Assembly (NCBI RefSeq): GCF_003350505.1
Contig: NZ_QQAY01000014.1
Location: 1-24,000, forward strand
Direction of reading: 5' to 3'
Length of the DNA: 24,000 bases
Source: Falsibacillus pallidus
GTDB taxonomy: Bacteria; Bacillota; Bacilli; Bacillales; DSM-25281
This document shows positions 8,272 to 16,315 of the stretch, one piece after another. Every line of letters starts with the position of its first letter. The first letter of the stretch is position 1. Below the pieces are notes generated by a model that was not told the origin of the DNA, did not search any database, and saw only the letters and a program-made list of their open reading frames with translations. The translations under genes were made by a program, and so were the position numbers.

Positions 8272-8637
8272 TTAATCCCCCAGTTCCTGTTGTAATTTCT
8301 CCAGGCCTTTTTCTAAATCCAATGCGGTTAGGACCTCTTCCAATCCAATTCCTAATTCAATGAGGGTAATCGCAACTGCCGGCTGGATTCCTGTAATCAC
8401 TACTTTTGCACCCATTAGAGTGGACATATTAATGACATCCCCGAGTACTTTTGCAATGAACGAATCAATGAAGTCGATCGATGTAATATCGATGACGACA
8501 CCTTTTGCATTCGTTTCATGTATTTTATTTAATAAATCTTCCTGGAATTGAAGCGCCGTTTGATCGTCAAGCTCCCATTGGATCGACACTAAAAGACAAT
8601 CATGAAGTTTTAAAATTGGGATTCTCACTTTCATCAT
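8272..8637 (-). CDS. rsbS: RsbS, stressosome STAS-domain antagonist
   Basis: The 121-aa protein is near-identical in long blocks to B. subtilis RsbS ([61 protein letters not shown]). Its ATG overlaps the rsbR stop codon. Confidence 0.94.
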   Translation of the reverse strand: MMKVRIPILKLHDCLLVSIQWELDDQTALQFQEDLLNKIHETNAKGVVIDITSIDFIDSFIAKVLGDVINMSTLMGAKVVITGIQPAVAITLIELGIGLEEVLTALDLEKGLEKLQQELGD

Positions 8638-9458
8638 CCTTCCAGTTCCACGATTTTTCGATTCGTATATTCAAGTGCAGCCTCAATACCTTTTCTGAGA
8701 GTGCTCGTTGTAATGATCTGATTCAAGTTGATTCCTAAGTTCACAATGGTCTGTGCAATCTCGGGACGGATGCCTACAAGCATGCATTTCGCTCCGACAA
8801 GCCTTACAGCCTCAGCTGCCTGGATGATATGATGGGCAACCATAGTATCAACGACCGGAACCCCTGTAATATCAATCAGGACAACCTCTGCGCGGTGCTT
8901 TACAGTTCCAGTCAATAGATTTTCCATGATCAATTTTGCCCGTTCTGTATCGATTGTCCCCACAAGAGGAAGGACAGATATTTTCTCAAAGACCGGGATA
9001 AGAGGCGCCGATAATTCCTGAAGGGCAATTTTTTGGAGTGACACTGTCTTCTCCCATGTTTCTGTGTAGACATTGATGACTTCGTTATATAAAGGGGTCA
9101 TCCACTTTTCAAATACTTCGCCGAATTCGATCAAACGCTCATCCGGAACGGCTCCTTCTTCACGCATACCTTCAAAGATAATTTTACTAAATGCCTGCAT
9201 TCCTTTTGTAACAAATGTCAGCGGCCAGCCCAATCGGATGACTTTTGCAGCAAAGTCTTCTAATTTAGTGGAGAAATCCTGGTCGTTCACGAGATTGGAA
9301 TTCAACAAGTCGACGAATTCACGGCTTGTCCGGGTAAAAACCTGGTCTGAAACCACTTTGACAATCCTTTCGTCCGCCTGGTCTTTCATGGACTCCATCC
9401 ACTTTTCCAATAAAGTGTCCTTGTTGTTATGGATATAATCTACTAATTGATGATACAT
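8634..9458 (-). CDS. rsbR: RsbR (RsbRA-type) stressosome sensor/scaffold protein
   Basis: The C-terminal STAS region matches RsbRA ([24 protein letters not shown]...[13 protein letters not shown]...[34 protein letters not shown]). I set the start at ATG 9458, 5 nt after AAGGAGGG, which gives 274 aa. The ORF-track GTG at 9479 reads through the RBS. Confidence 0.92.
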   Translation of the reverse strand: MYHQLVDYIHNNKDTLLEKWMESMKDQADERIVKVVSDQVFTRTSREFVDLLNSNLVNDQDFSTKLEDFAAKVIRLGWPLTFVTKGMQAFSKIIFEGMREEGAVPDERLIEFGEVFEKWMTPLYNEVINVYTETWEKTVSLQKIALQELSAPLIPVFEKISVLPLVGTIDTERAKLIMENLLTGTVKHRAEVVLIDITGVPVVDTMVAHHIIQAAEAVRLVGAKCMLVGIRPEIAQTIVNLGINLNQIITTSTLRKGIEAALEYTNRKIVELEG

Positions 9459-9618
9459 GTTGCCCTCCTTATTTATCACGCGGAATATATAAGCGGCAGA
9501 ATCGAATCCCCTTTTTCGAAACCGCAGCGTTTGCTATGTTCTCTTTTGCTGGATTCATTCTTCAATCAAATGCATGTTTTATCTTATCTTCTTGCATTTA
9601 TTTGATATCAATCCTTAT

Positions 9619-9646
9619 TTTATATAAAAACAATCTATTCTGACAA
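9619..9646 (-). promoter_or_regulatory. Candidate sigma-A promoter for the rsbR operon (TTGTCA-N16-TATAAA)
   Basis: The minus strand reads aaatTTGTCAgaatagattgtttttaTATAAAat. It would give a leader of about 155 nt. It is the only reasonable -35/-10 pair I found in this gap. Confidence 0.35.
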
Positions 9647-9742
9647 ATTTTTAATACATTTTACATTTTCCCGTTACTCTTACTATACAGAAGTTAGGAG
9701 ATAATCACTATCATGAAATATTCCCAATTGAAAACTTCTGAT

Positions 9743-9778
9743 AAAAAAATAAAAAAACGCCCTTTTTTCGGAGCGTTC
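9743..9778 (-). terminator. Rho-independent terminator after ndoA (mazF)
   Basis: The minus strand reads gAACGCtccgaaaaaaggGCGTTtttttatttttttatc, a GC-containing stem followed by a long T-run. Confidence 0.7.
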
Positions 9779-9783
9779 TCAAT

Positions 9784-10134
9784 TTAAAATTCAATAAGTC
9801 CTACACTAATCTGCAGGGCTTCATCCACTTTTTCCATCATTTCATCATCCAAATGAGTGATCTTGTCTGTTAAGCGCTGTTTATCTATTGTCCGGATTTG
9901 CTCCAGCAATATAACGGAGTCACGTTCAAATCCATAGCGCTTTGCGTCAATTTCGACGTGCGTCGGCAGTTTTGCTTTTTGAATTTGTGCGGTTATGGCA
10001 GCGACAATTACAGTGGGACTAAACCGATTCCCTATATCATTTTGGATGACTAAAACTGGACGTACACCGCCTTGCTCAGATCCAACTACCGGGGAAAGGT
10101 CTGCAAAATACACGTCACCACGTTTAACAATCAA
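9784..10134 (-). CDS. ndoA: Type II toxin EndoA / MazF-family mRNA interferase
   Basis: The 116-aa sequence [88 protein letters not shown] is almost identical to B. subtilis NdoA. It uses a TTG start. Confidence 0.96.
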   Translation of the reverse strand: MIVKRGDVYFADLSPVVGSEQGGVRPVLVIQNDIGNRFSPTVIVAAITAQIQKAKLPTHVEIDAKRYGFERDSVILLEQIRTIDKQRLTDKITHLDDEMMEKVDEALQISVGLIEF

Positions 10135-10138
10135 AGGT

Positions 10139-10420
10139 TTAACCTCCGCTTACTAAACGTTCAACTGTATGTTCTGCCTCGTACTCAGCTTGAATAGCTT
10201 CTGAAGCAATAGCTAAGTTGATCTTAGCCATTTCCATATAGCCGCGTCTCATTGACTCTCGAATTTGGCGTTTCTTACGTTCGCGAAGATACATTTTCGT
10301 AGCACGATAAATAAACTCATTCCGATTCACATTCTCTTGTTCTGCAAATCCATCCAATTCGCTTAAGAGCTGCTGCGGCAAACGTATTAATATTTCTGTT
10401 GTTGCGCTGGATTCAGACAC
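10139..10420 (-). CDS. ndoAI: Type II antitoxin EndoAI / MazE-family (RHH)
   Basis: The C-terminus [18 protein letters not shown]...TVERLVSGG matches B. subtilis NdoAI. I chose GTG 10420 ([11 protein letters not shown]), 8 nt after GGAGG, which gives 93 aa as in B. subtilis. The ORF-track ATG at 10456 reads through the RBS. Confidence 0.9.
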   Translation of the reverse strand: MSESSATTEILIRLPQQLLSELDGFAEQENVNRNEFIYRATKMYLRERKKRQIRESMRRGYMEMAKINLAIASEAIQAEYEAEHTVERLVSGG

Positions 10421-10611
10421 AATCGACACCTCCACCATCACTACACACCGTTTCATTCACTACCATTACAATCATACCATCAAACAACCGCAAAGAAAAG
10501 AGCATTCAGCAATCTTTATCTATTATCGGCAATGCCTGCCAGCTATTATGCATATTTTTTCCGCGAATGGCATTTAAATTATCTATTTTTTATGCCGCAA
10601 AGGAATATTTT

Positions 10612-11802
10612 CTATTCAATCAGCTTATTTTCAACGCTTTCCGGCTCATTATTGTGTATAAATACCCTTGGCACCCGATTGGAGATGATGCATGGCACTT
10701 CATAGTTGATGGTCTCCAGCTTCTCTGCGATTTCATCAATCGAGATGCTTTCATCCCCCTGGCAGCCGATCAAGGTCACAAGGGTCCCGACAGGCATTTC
10801 ATGCGGAAGCTTGATCATGCATTGATCCATGCAGATCCTTCCGACAATGGGAGCGCGCTTGCCATCCACTAATACTTCCTGTCCTTGAAGCCTCCGGATC
10901 CAGCCGTCTGCGTACCCTATCGGAAGCGTTCCGATCCACTCCTCGCCTTCAGCGGTATATGTGGCTCCATAGCTTACACTCTCGCCAGGATTGATTTTTT
11001 TGACATGAACCAGCCTGGCATGCAAAGAGAAAACTTCTTTCAACGGAAAAGGAAGCAGCCCTTTCATTTCTTCCGACGGGGAAAGCCCATACATGGAAAT
11101 GCCGAATCGGATGGCATTGAAGCTACTCTGCGAATGCCTCAAGGATGCCGCACTATTTGCAGCGTGGACATATTTGGGTTTCTCCCTTAGGGAAGCCACC
11201 ATCTCCTTGAATGCTGCAAACTGTTTCTGATAGAGGGATTCATCTAATTCATCCGCTGTGGCAAAGTGGGTGAAGACCCCTTCAAAAACCAGCTGTGGTG
11301 ATGAGTCCATGATCCGCTCCAGTTCTTTCAATTCTTCAATCGTCCTCACACCGAGCCTGTTCACCCCCGTATCGCACTTGATATGGAGGCTGACATTTTT
11401 TTCAGACGGCAAAAATCCCACCGCTTCTTCCAGCCACTCTCTTTGGAACACGGTTAAGGAAATATCATGCTCTGCAGCTAATGCAGCATCTTCAGCCCTG
11501 CTCGCGCCCAATACTAAAATCGGAGCTGTTATCCCCCTTTTTCTAAGCGAAAGCGCCTCATCTAAAAAGGCAACGGCCAATCCATGAGCACCCGCCTCGA
11601 GAGCCGTTTCTGAAACCTGGAAATCCCCGTGGCCATAGGCGTTTGCCTTTACAACTGCGAAAATACCGACACCTTCTGGAAGGAGCCCTCTGACAGCACT
11701 TACATTTTTATAAAGATTGTCCAAGTTGATTTCAGCCCATGTGTCACGGAAAAATTGAGTATTAGCGTTCAAAATGTTCACGTCCTTTAACCTTTGCCTC
11801 AT
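10612..11802 (-). CDS. alr: Alanine racemase
   Basis: The protein has the PLP-binding motif [11 protein letters not shown] and C-terminal RICMDQ and INYEV blocks, and resembles B. subtilis Alr along its full length. The true start may be the downstream TTG at 11772 or GTG at 11781 (see findings). Confidence 0.92.
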   Translation of the reverse strand: MRQRLKDVNILNANTQFFRDTWAEINLDNLYKNVSAVRGLLPEGVGIFAVVKANAYGHGDFQVSETALEAGAHGLAVAFLDEALSLRKRGITAPILVLGASRAEDAALAAEHDISLTVFQREWLEEAVGFLPSEKNVSLHIKCDTGVNRLGVRTIEELKELERIMDSSPQLVFEGVFTHFATADELDESLYQKQFAAFKEMVASLREKPKYVHAANSAASLRHSQSSFNAIRFGISMYGLSPSEEMKGLLPFPLKEVFSLHARLVHVKKINPGESVSYGATYTAEGEEWIGTLPIGYADGWIRRLQGQEVLVDGKRAPIVGRICMDQCMIKLPHEMPVGTLVTLIGCQGDESISIDEIAEKLETINYEVPCIISNRVPRVFIHNNEPESVENKLIE

Positions 11803-11814
11803 CTGCTACATTTG

Positions 11815-11844
11815 ATTATTTCAACTAAGAACCGTCCTTGTCAA
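11815..11844 (-). promoter_or_regulatory. Candidate sigma-A promoter for alr (TTGACA-N18-AATAAT)
   Basis: The minus strand reads acatTTGACAaggacggttcttagttgaAATAATcaaatg. Confidence 0.45.
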
Positions 11845-11895
11845 ATGTATTAATTACTAGCAAAAGAAATAAAAGCGTAAACGCCAGTTTTTGTC

Positions 11896-11929
11896 GAAAA
11901 AAACAGGCCGACACTTTCACGGCCTGTTC
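11896..11929 (-). terminator. Rho-independent terminator after ydcC
   Basis: The minus strand reads gAACAGGCCGtgaaagtgtCGGCCTGTTtttttcg. The stem is 9 bp and perfect, followed by a T-run. Confidence 0.85.
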
Positions 11930-11956
11930 TAGTAAGAATACGTAATGCATTTCAGA

Positions 11957-12967
11957 TTATTTTACGATGTCTCCTTGGACAGAGCGTGCCACCATCACCA
12001 TTTCATCCGAAGACAAATCTTTGGACGCAAGCATGTAGTCAACTCCATCGTATGTCCAGGAGATAGAAGTATCCGTCATAGCACCGACTGTAAAGCCCAA
12101 ATCGACGATCTTACCTGGCGCCTGCGTGGAAACCATCGCTGTCGGCATTACCTCTGCTTTTTCCTGAACCAATGTGAAGGACTTATCTCCGCCATATGTC
12201 AGGACAATACGTTTGCCGGAATCAGTTGCAATATCCTTTTCATCGATGAGGCTTGCGCCGACATCGGCTGTTGGATACTGAACTTTGAATTCCTTCGCGG
12301 AGGCTGAAGCATCCACCGGAACTTCAAGCTGGGCACCTGTCATATTTTTGTTCGTATCGAAAGCATCTTTATCGAAGCTTGCGTTGAAGTCCACTTTGGA
12401 AAATTCAACTGTGACAAGCGCATTGTGATCTGTATCCATCACTTTTACACTGACTGGAGCCAAGCTGCGTTTGCTAAGTTTGATTTCCTGTGTCGGAAGC
12501 ATTTTGCTGTTTTGGTAGCGCGTTTTTGTTTCAAATACATAATAGTCCTTTGTAGCTGAAAACTTCGCGTTTTTATCTTCGAGGATATCCTTTACAAGCG
12601 ATTCATATAAATACGCTTGGCTGCTGTTTTCCGGCCATTCGCTCTGGAATTTAAAGCTTTTGTTCAGAGCAGGCGTCAGCACATAGACACCTTCTTTATT
12701 CCTGAGGATCATTTGGCTTTGATCCCGCTGGGCATTTTTCAAATTCACTCTGTAGTAGTCCGGTTGATTATGCCAAACATCGATCTGATAAGTCTGCGGC
12801 TCATTCCCCATTTTAAGGGTCATCTTCGCATGTGCTTTATACCCTTTGATATCCCCCAGCTTCTCCGTCAAATCTTTTGTAACATCTTCCTGCGTTTTTG
12901 CACCGCAAGCAGATAGTGCCAGGATTGCTGAAATGGCAACTATGAGCACCCAAATCTTCCTTTTCAT
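11957..12967 (-). CDS. ydcC: Sporulation-associated lipoprotein YdcC (LolA-like fold family)
   Basis: A lipoprotein signal peptide with a lipobox is present (MKRKIWVLIVAISAILALSAC). The gene lies between acpS and alr, as ydcC does in B. subtilis. I set the start at ATG 12967, after an AAAGGGG RBS; the ORF-track start at 13027 is an over-extension. Confidence 0.8.
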   Translation of the reverse strand: MKRKIWVLIVAISAILALSACGAKTQEDVTKDLTEKLGDIKGYKAHAKMTLKMGNEPQTYQIDVWHNQPDYYRVNLKNAQRDQSQMILRNKEGVYVLTPALNKSFKFQSEWPENSSQAYLYESLVKDILEDKNAKFSATKDYYVFETKTRYQNSKMLPTQEIKLSKRSLAPVSVKVMDTDHNALVTVEFSKVDFNASFDKDAFDTNKNMTGAQLEVPVDASASAKEFKVQYPTADVGASLIDEKDIATDSGKRIVLTYGGDKSFTLVQEKAEVMPTAMVSTQAPGKIVDLGFTVGAMTDTSISWTYDGVDYMLASKDLSSDEMVMVARSVQGDIVK

Positions 12968-13192
12968 CTTTTCAGCCCCTTTTGTCTCATTTGAACGTAA
13001 AGGAGAGGGATTGAGGAGGCTGAACATCCATTCCGTTCCATCCCTTGCTTTGTGGTTCCGTCCTGTTGGATTGGAAATGGACGGATGGGGGATGATTCAG
13101 CACCCTTGTCTCTCCTATATGCACTATGAATATATGAGACAACCTTTTTGATTATGCTTGGGATAAAAAGACAAGCAGGAAAAACTTTTCAT

Positions 13193-13549
13193 TCAGTCCG
13201 TTTCTTCTATTATGACTTGTGCCGCTGCATATTCCCTGCTGTGGGTTATAGATAAGTGCACTCCTTTCTCCATCGGCTTGATGAATACCGGCTTTCCTTT
13301 TTCATCATAGGCCGTTTCCATATCCTGAAATGAAAGATCCTTTCCAATCCCGCTTCCCCACGCTTTCGAAAAAGCTTCCTTGGCAGCAAACCGCCCTGCA
13401 AGATATTCCGTCCTTCTTTGTCCATTGAGGCGGTGATAATTCAGGATCTCATTTTCCGAAAGGACCCGGCCGGCGAAACGAGGCTGTTTTTCTTCGAGAT
13501 GCCTGATCCTCTCAAGCTCCACAATATCCATCCCGATACCTTTAATCAT
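13193..13549 (-). CDS. acpS: Holo-[acyl-carrier-protein] synthase (4'-phosphopantetheinyl transferase)
   Basis: The 118-aa protein reads MIKGIGMDIVELERI...LAGRFAAKEAFSKA...SITHSREYAAAQVIIE, the canonical AcpS pattern. Confidence 0.93.
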   Translation of the reverse strand: MIKGIGMDIVELERIRHLEEKQPRFAGRVLSENEILNYHRLNGQRRTEYLAGRFAAKEAFSKAWGSGIGKDLSFQDMETAYDEKGKPVFIKPMEKGVHLSITHSREYAAAQVIIEETD

Positions 13550-13647
13550 AAAAAAACCTTCCTTCTATCCCGTGATTTCTGAGCATATATATGACAAGCA
13601 GAACTTGTACAAGAAAGAATCATTACACTAATTGAGGTGTGGCTAAC

Positions 13648-14238
13648 ATGTTTGTCAGAAATGAAAATTTCAATGATTATATCAAATTATATCCTATTAT
13701 TACATGCATCGCCGCCATTCATACCGTATTATTCGGGATAGCCGCTTTGCCTTACCTTCCTAACGATTGGATATTCGAAAAGCTGATCGGGGCCAATATC
13801 TATATCAAGCAAGGAGAACTTTGGCGTTTCGTTACCCCTTTATTCGTGCATGTGAATTTTTCTCATTTCATCTTCAATACGATTGCCCTTTTGATATTCG
13901 GTCCACCGCTGGAAAAAAAGCTGGGGAAAATCGGCTTCTTTTGTTTTTATTTACTGTGCGGCATTACCGGAAACCTTTTTGCTTTTCTCCTGCTGCCCCT
14001 CACTTATGTTCATACAGGTTCAAGCGGTGCCATCTTCGGTCTCTTTGGCTTTTATTTAGCAGCGGCCCTGTTCGGGAAAAACCCAACATCCAGATCGGCG
14101 CAGGTGATTCTGCCCGTCCTGATCATCTCTCTTTTCATGTCTTTCATCCAGCCAGGCGTCAATATCACCGCTCATTTGGCAGGCTTGTTTACCGGAGTAG
14201 CTGCCGGCATACTGCTGCGTGGAAAGCTTGAATCCTAA
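13648..14238 (+). CDS. ydcA: Rhomboid-family intramembrane serine protease (YdcA-like)
   Basis: The protein is polytopic. It has a WRFVTPLFVH motif, the catalytic GxSG motif (GSSGAIFG) and a downstream AHLAG histidine. It is divergent from acpS, as in B. subtilis. I chose ATG 13648, 8 nt after GAGGTG; the ORF-track GTG at 13639 lies inside the RBS. Confidence 0.85.
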   Translation: MFVRNENFNDYIKLYPIITCIAAIHTVLFGIAALPYLPNDWIFEKLIGANIYIKQGELWRFVTPLFVHVNFSHFIFNTIALLIFGPPLEKKLGKIGFFCFYLLCGITGNLFAFLLLPLTYVHTGSSGAIFGLFGFYLAAALFGKNPTSRSAQVILPVLIISLFMSFIQPGVNITAHLAGLFTGVAAGILLRGKLES

Positions 14239-14242
14239 AAGC

Positions 14243-14281
14243 AAAAAACTGCCGCGAATTTTATTCGAAGGCAGTTTTTTA
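14243..14281. terminator. Bidirectional terminator between convergent ydcA (+) and ydbT (-)
   Basis: AAAAAACTGCCgcgaattttattcgaaGGCAGTTTTTT is a perfect stem flanked by an A-run and a T-run. Confidence 0.8.
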
Positions 14282-14283
14282 GT

Positions 14284-15735
14284 TTAAGCCCGTTCTTCTT
14301 CAGGTAAGAACCATTCATACATTTTCTCTATTTGAACTGCATCTGCATATCTAACCACAGCTTTCCTTCCCATTTCCCCAGACTTAACGGCTGCTGAAAG
14401 GCTGGCAAGGTTCTTTCTTTTCTGAAACCAGCTTTGTGTCATCTCGAGGGATTGTATTCTCGCCTTTTTCATATAAATCGTTGTCTTTGTCACAGCCCGG
14501 CAGCAAAGGACTAATTGATCCCCCGCTATATTCCACCCTGCCGATTTATATTTCCACACACCTATTAATGCAGCCGCTGCCAGCACAATCAATGCGAGAG
14601 AACCCCACGGCCAAAACACAATTGAGACAACCGCTGCAGGAATCAGGACACGAACAGACTCCCGCACGATATAGCTCCCCAATGCACGGTTTGGCAGCTT
14701 AGTCAAACCCGCTTCCATTTGGTAGTCCGGAAAGAATTGTTCAGCCAGCATGGGGATCTTCTTCTTTTTGATGATCGGCAAGACCATCACAGACGCACTA
14801 TCCGCCTCTTTGACAGATCCTCCCGCACTATCTATATAGACAGTGGCAAACCCGAATGGCTGCCTTGCTATATTTTCAACAATCCGGATAGCCTGTATCC
14901 TTTTCAACGGGATCGTAAGCTGCTTCTTCTCAAGCAAGCCCCTTGTGATGATCAAATCATCAGCCGTTTTTCGAATTGTAAATCGGCTGTATTTCAGCAT
15001 GGTCACCACGATGGAAAACAGCCACGCCAACAGGAGGCCGAAAAATACAGCAAAAACGACCAATATAACGCTGCTGTGGACGGCCTTGTTCATCTGATTG
15101 AATACTTTTTGATAAGGAATGACTTCCTCAAATTGAAATACAAAAGCAGCAATGGCCGAAAGCACCACCCCGACACCGCCGGAAGTAACAGCCATCAATA
15201 ATAACTCTGAATTTGAAACGTGATGAACTACAGCTTCCGTTTTTATTTCTTCCTGATCTCCCGGATGATCGGCCGTACCCTGCTTTTCCTTTTGAATCGT
15301 CTTCTCAAGCCAGAGAGCCTCTTCTTTTTTGATGGCTGTCAGCTCACCCTCTGCATGATTTTTCTCATTGCCGCCTGCTGTTTCAATTTGAACACGAACA
15401 AGACCGAACGGACGATGAAGAATTCCTTCTGAAAAATCCAAACTCTGAATTCTTTCCAAAGGGATATATCGTTTTTTCTTAACAAAAAGGCCGTACTCGA
15501 TCCTTAACTCGCCATCCTCGATTCTGTAAGTGAATCGCTTCCACTTAATGATTCCTGAGACCAGGATAAAGATGATGGAGAGAACGGAAACAAAGAAGGG
15601 AAATGAATCCCAAAATGTCGAGTCCTTCCCTCTGCCTAAAAATAAAAAGACCAAAATGGGAAAAATCATTTCGCGCAGCTGTTTCAGCACTGTCCAGACT
15701 GCTGCAATCGGGTGAAGGCGTTTATATTCAGACAT
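14284..15735 (-). CDS. ydbT: YdbT-like membrane protein with three bacterial PH (bPH_2/DUF304) repeats
   Basis: TM hairpins alternate with repeated blocks of the type 'Y.i.d.eL.i..G...k....ip..rIQ'. I set the start at ATG 15735 (MSEYKRLHPI), which overlaps the ydbS stop by 8 nt (ATGTCTGA). The ORF-track start at 15852 runs inside ydbS. Confidence 0.85.
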   Translation of the reverse strand: MSEYKRLHPIAAVWTVLKQLREMIFPILVFLFLGRGKDSTFWDSFPFFVSVLSIIFILVSGIIKWKRFTYRIEDGELRIEYGLFVKKKRYIPLERIQSLDFSEGILHRPFGLVRVQIETAGGNEKNHAEGELTAIKKEEALWLEKTIQKEKQGTADHPGDQEEIKTEAVVHHVSNSELLLMAVTSGGVGVVLSAIAAFVFQFEEVIPYQKVFNQMNKAVHSSVILVVFAVFFGLLLAWLFSIVVTMLKYSRFTIRKTADDLIITRGLLEKKQLTIPLKRIQAIRIVENIARQPFGFATVYIDSAGGSVKEADSASVMVLPIIKKKKIPMLAEQFFPDYQMEAGLTKLPNRALGSYIVRESVRVLIPAAVVSIVFWPWGSLALIVLAAAALIGVWKYKSAGWNIAGDQLVLCCRAVTKTTIYMKKARIQSLEMTQSWFQKRKNLASLSAAVKSGEMGRKAVVRYADAVQIEKMYEWFLPEEERA

Positions 15736-16204
15736 CGTCTTTCGCCACCCTCGCCAACGCCGATATGGATGACCGCAATTCATCGGCTTCTCTCGTATCA
15801 AGGGCTGGAATATGGTGCGTTGTGGCAGCGGTCGAAACCGTAACTGTCGCAAGATGATATCTTCTCAGCAACGGCCCTTCCACCGTGTCGACATGCTGCA
15901 CCCGGACCATCGGCACTAGTGTTCTTTTTTTGAAAACGATCCCGCTCTGAAGTTCAATCTCTTTCTCACGGACCTCATACCTCCATCTTTTCCATTTCAA
16001 ATTCGGAAAAAGATAGACAAATATGTATACATAAAGGATGCTGACCACACCGCCGCAAAGGATAATCCAAGACGGCCAGTCAAAAATGGAAACAACCGTG
16101 ATGACCCCAAAATATATCGCTAAAATAATCAATGAATGCAGCATCCCCGTTATTCTCCACACTTTCAGGGCTTTATCAGAAATTTTATTCATCGGCTCCC
16201 TCAT
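15728..16204 (-). CDS. ydbS: YdbS-like membrane protein with one bPH_2 (DUF304) domain
   Basis: The 158-aa protein has two TM helices followed by WRYEVREKEIELQSGIVFKKRTLVPMVRVQHVD. It pairs with ydbT, as in B. subtilis. Confidence 0.85.
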   Translation of the reverse strand: MREPMNKISDKALKVWRITGMLHSLIILAIYFGVITVVSIFDWPSWIILCGGVVSILYVYIFVYLFPNLKWKRWRYEVREKEIELQSGIVFKKRTLVPMVRVQHVDTVEGPLLRRYHLATVTVSTAATTHHIPALDTREADELRSSISALARVAKDDV

Positions 16205-16246
16205 CCGCTATACCCCCATTTCTTTCTAGACCTATTCTCTCTTATT

Positions 16247-16272
16247 TACGCATCTACGGGAGGAAAGTTTCA
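16247..16272 (-). promoter_or_regulatory. Sigma-W (ECF) type promoter upstream of ydbS-ydbT
   Basis: The minus strand reads tgTGAAACtttcctcccgtagatgCGTAaataag. This equals the TGAAAC-N16-CGTA sigma-W consensus. From memory, ydbST belongs to the sigma-W regulon in B. subtilis. Confidence 0.65.
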
Positions 16273-16288
16273 CAAAAAAATAAAGGAT

Positions 16289-16315
16289 GCTTCACATGGA
16301 AGCGGCTTTTGACTG
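16289..16315. repeat. Left copy of a 27-bp direct repeat (a degenerate duplicate of the cshA terminator) bracketing repeat element A
   Basis: gcttcacatggaagcggcttttgactg matches 16746-16772 at 25 of 27 positions. Looser similarity extends into the upstream aaaataaa tract. Confidence 0.8.

Noticed and set aside
13026-13090. GC-rich, imperfectly symmetric segments (ccattccgttccatcc / ggaaatggacggatgg) in the acpS-ydcC gap
   Set aside because: Pairing is limited to stems of 6-7 bp (ccatcc/ggatgg and tccgtcc/ggacgga) with large loops. There is no second copy and no T-run. This is not enough to call a structure or a repeat.
13593-13613. The 10-bp perfect palindrome cttgtacaag and the overlapping acaag...cttgt inverted repeat in the acpS/ydcA divergent promoter region
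   Set aside because: It could be an operator, but a single short palindrome in an A/T-rich divergent region is expected by chance fairly often. It matches no known motif.
16205-16240. GGGTAT (a sigma-B type -10 element) just upstream of the ydbS ATG
   Set aside because: The only GTTTAA-like -35 candidate (GTCTAG) is 10 nt away, which is too close. The motif overlaps the ydbS RBS, and a proper sigma-W promoter lies 20 nt further upstream.
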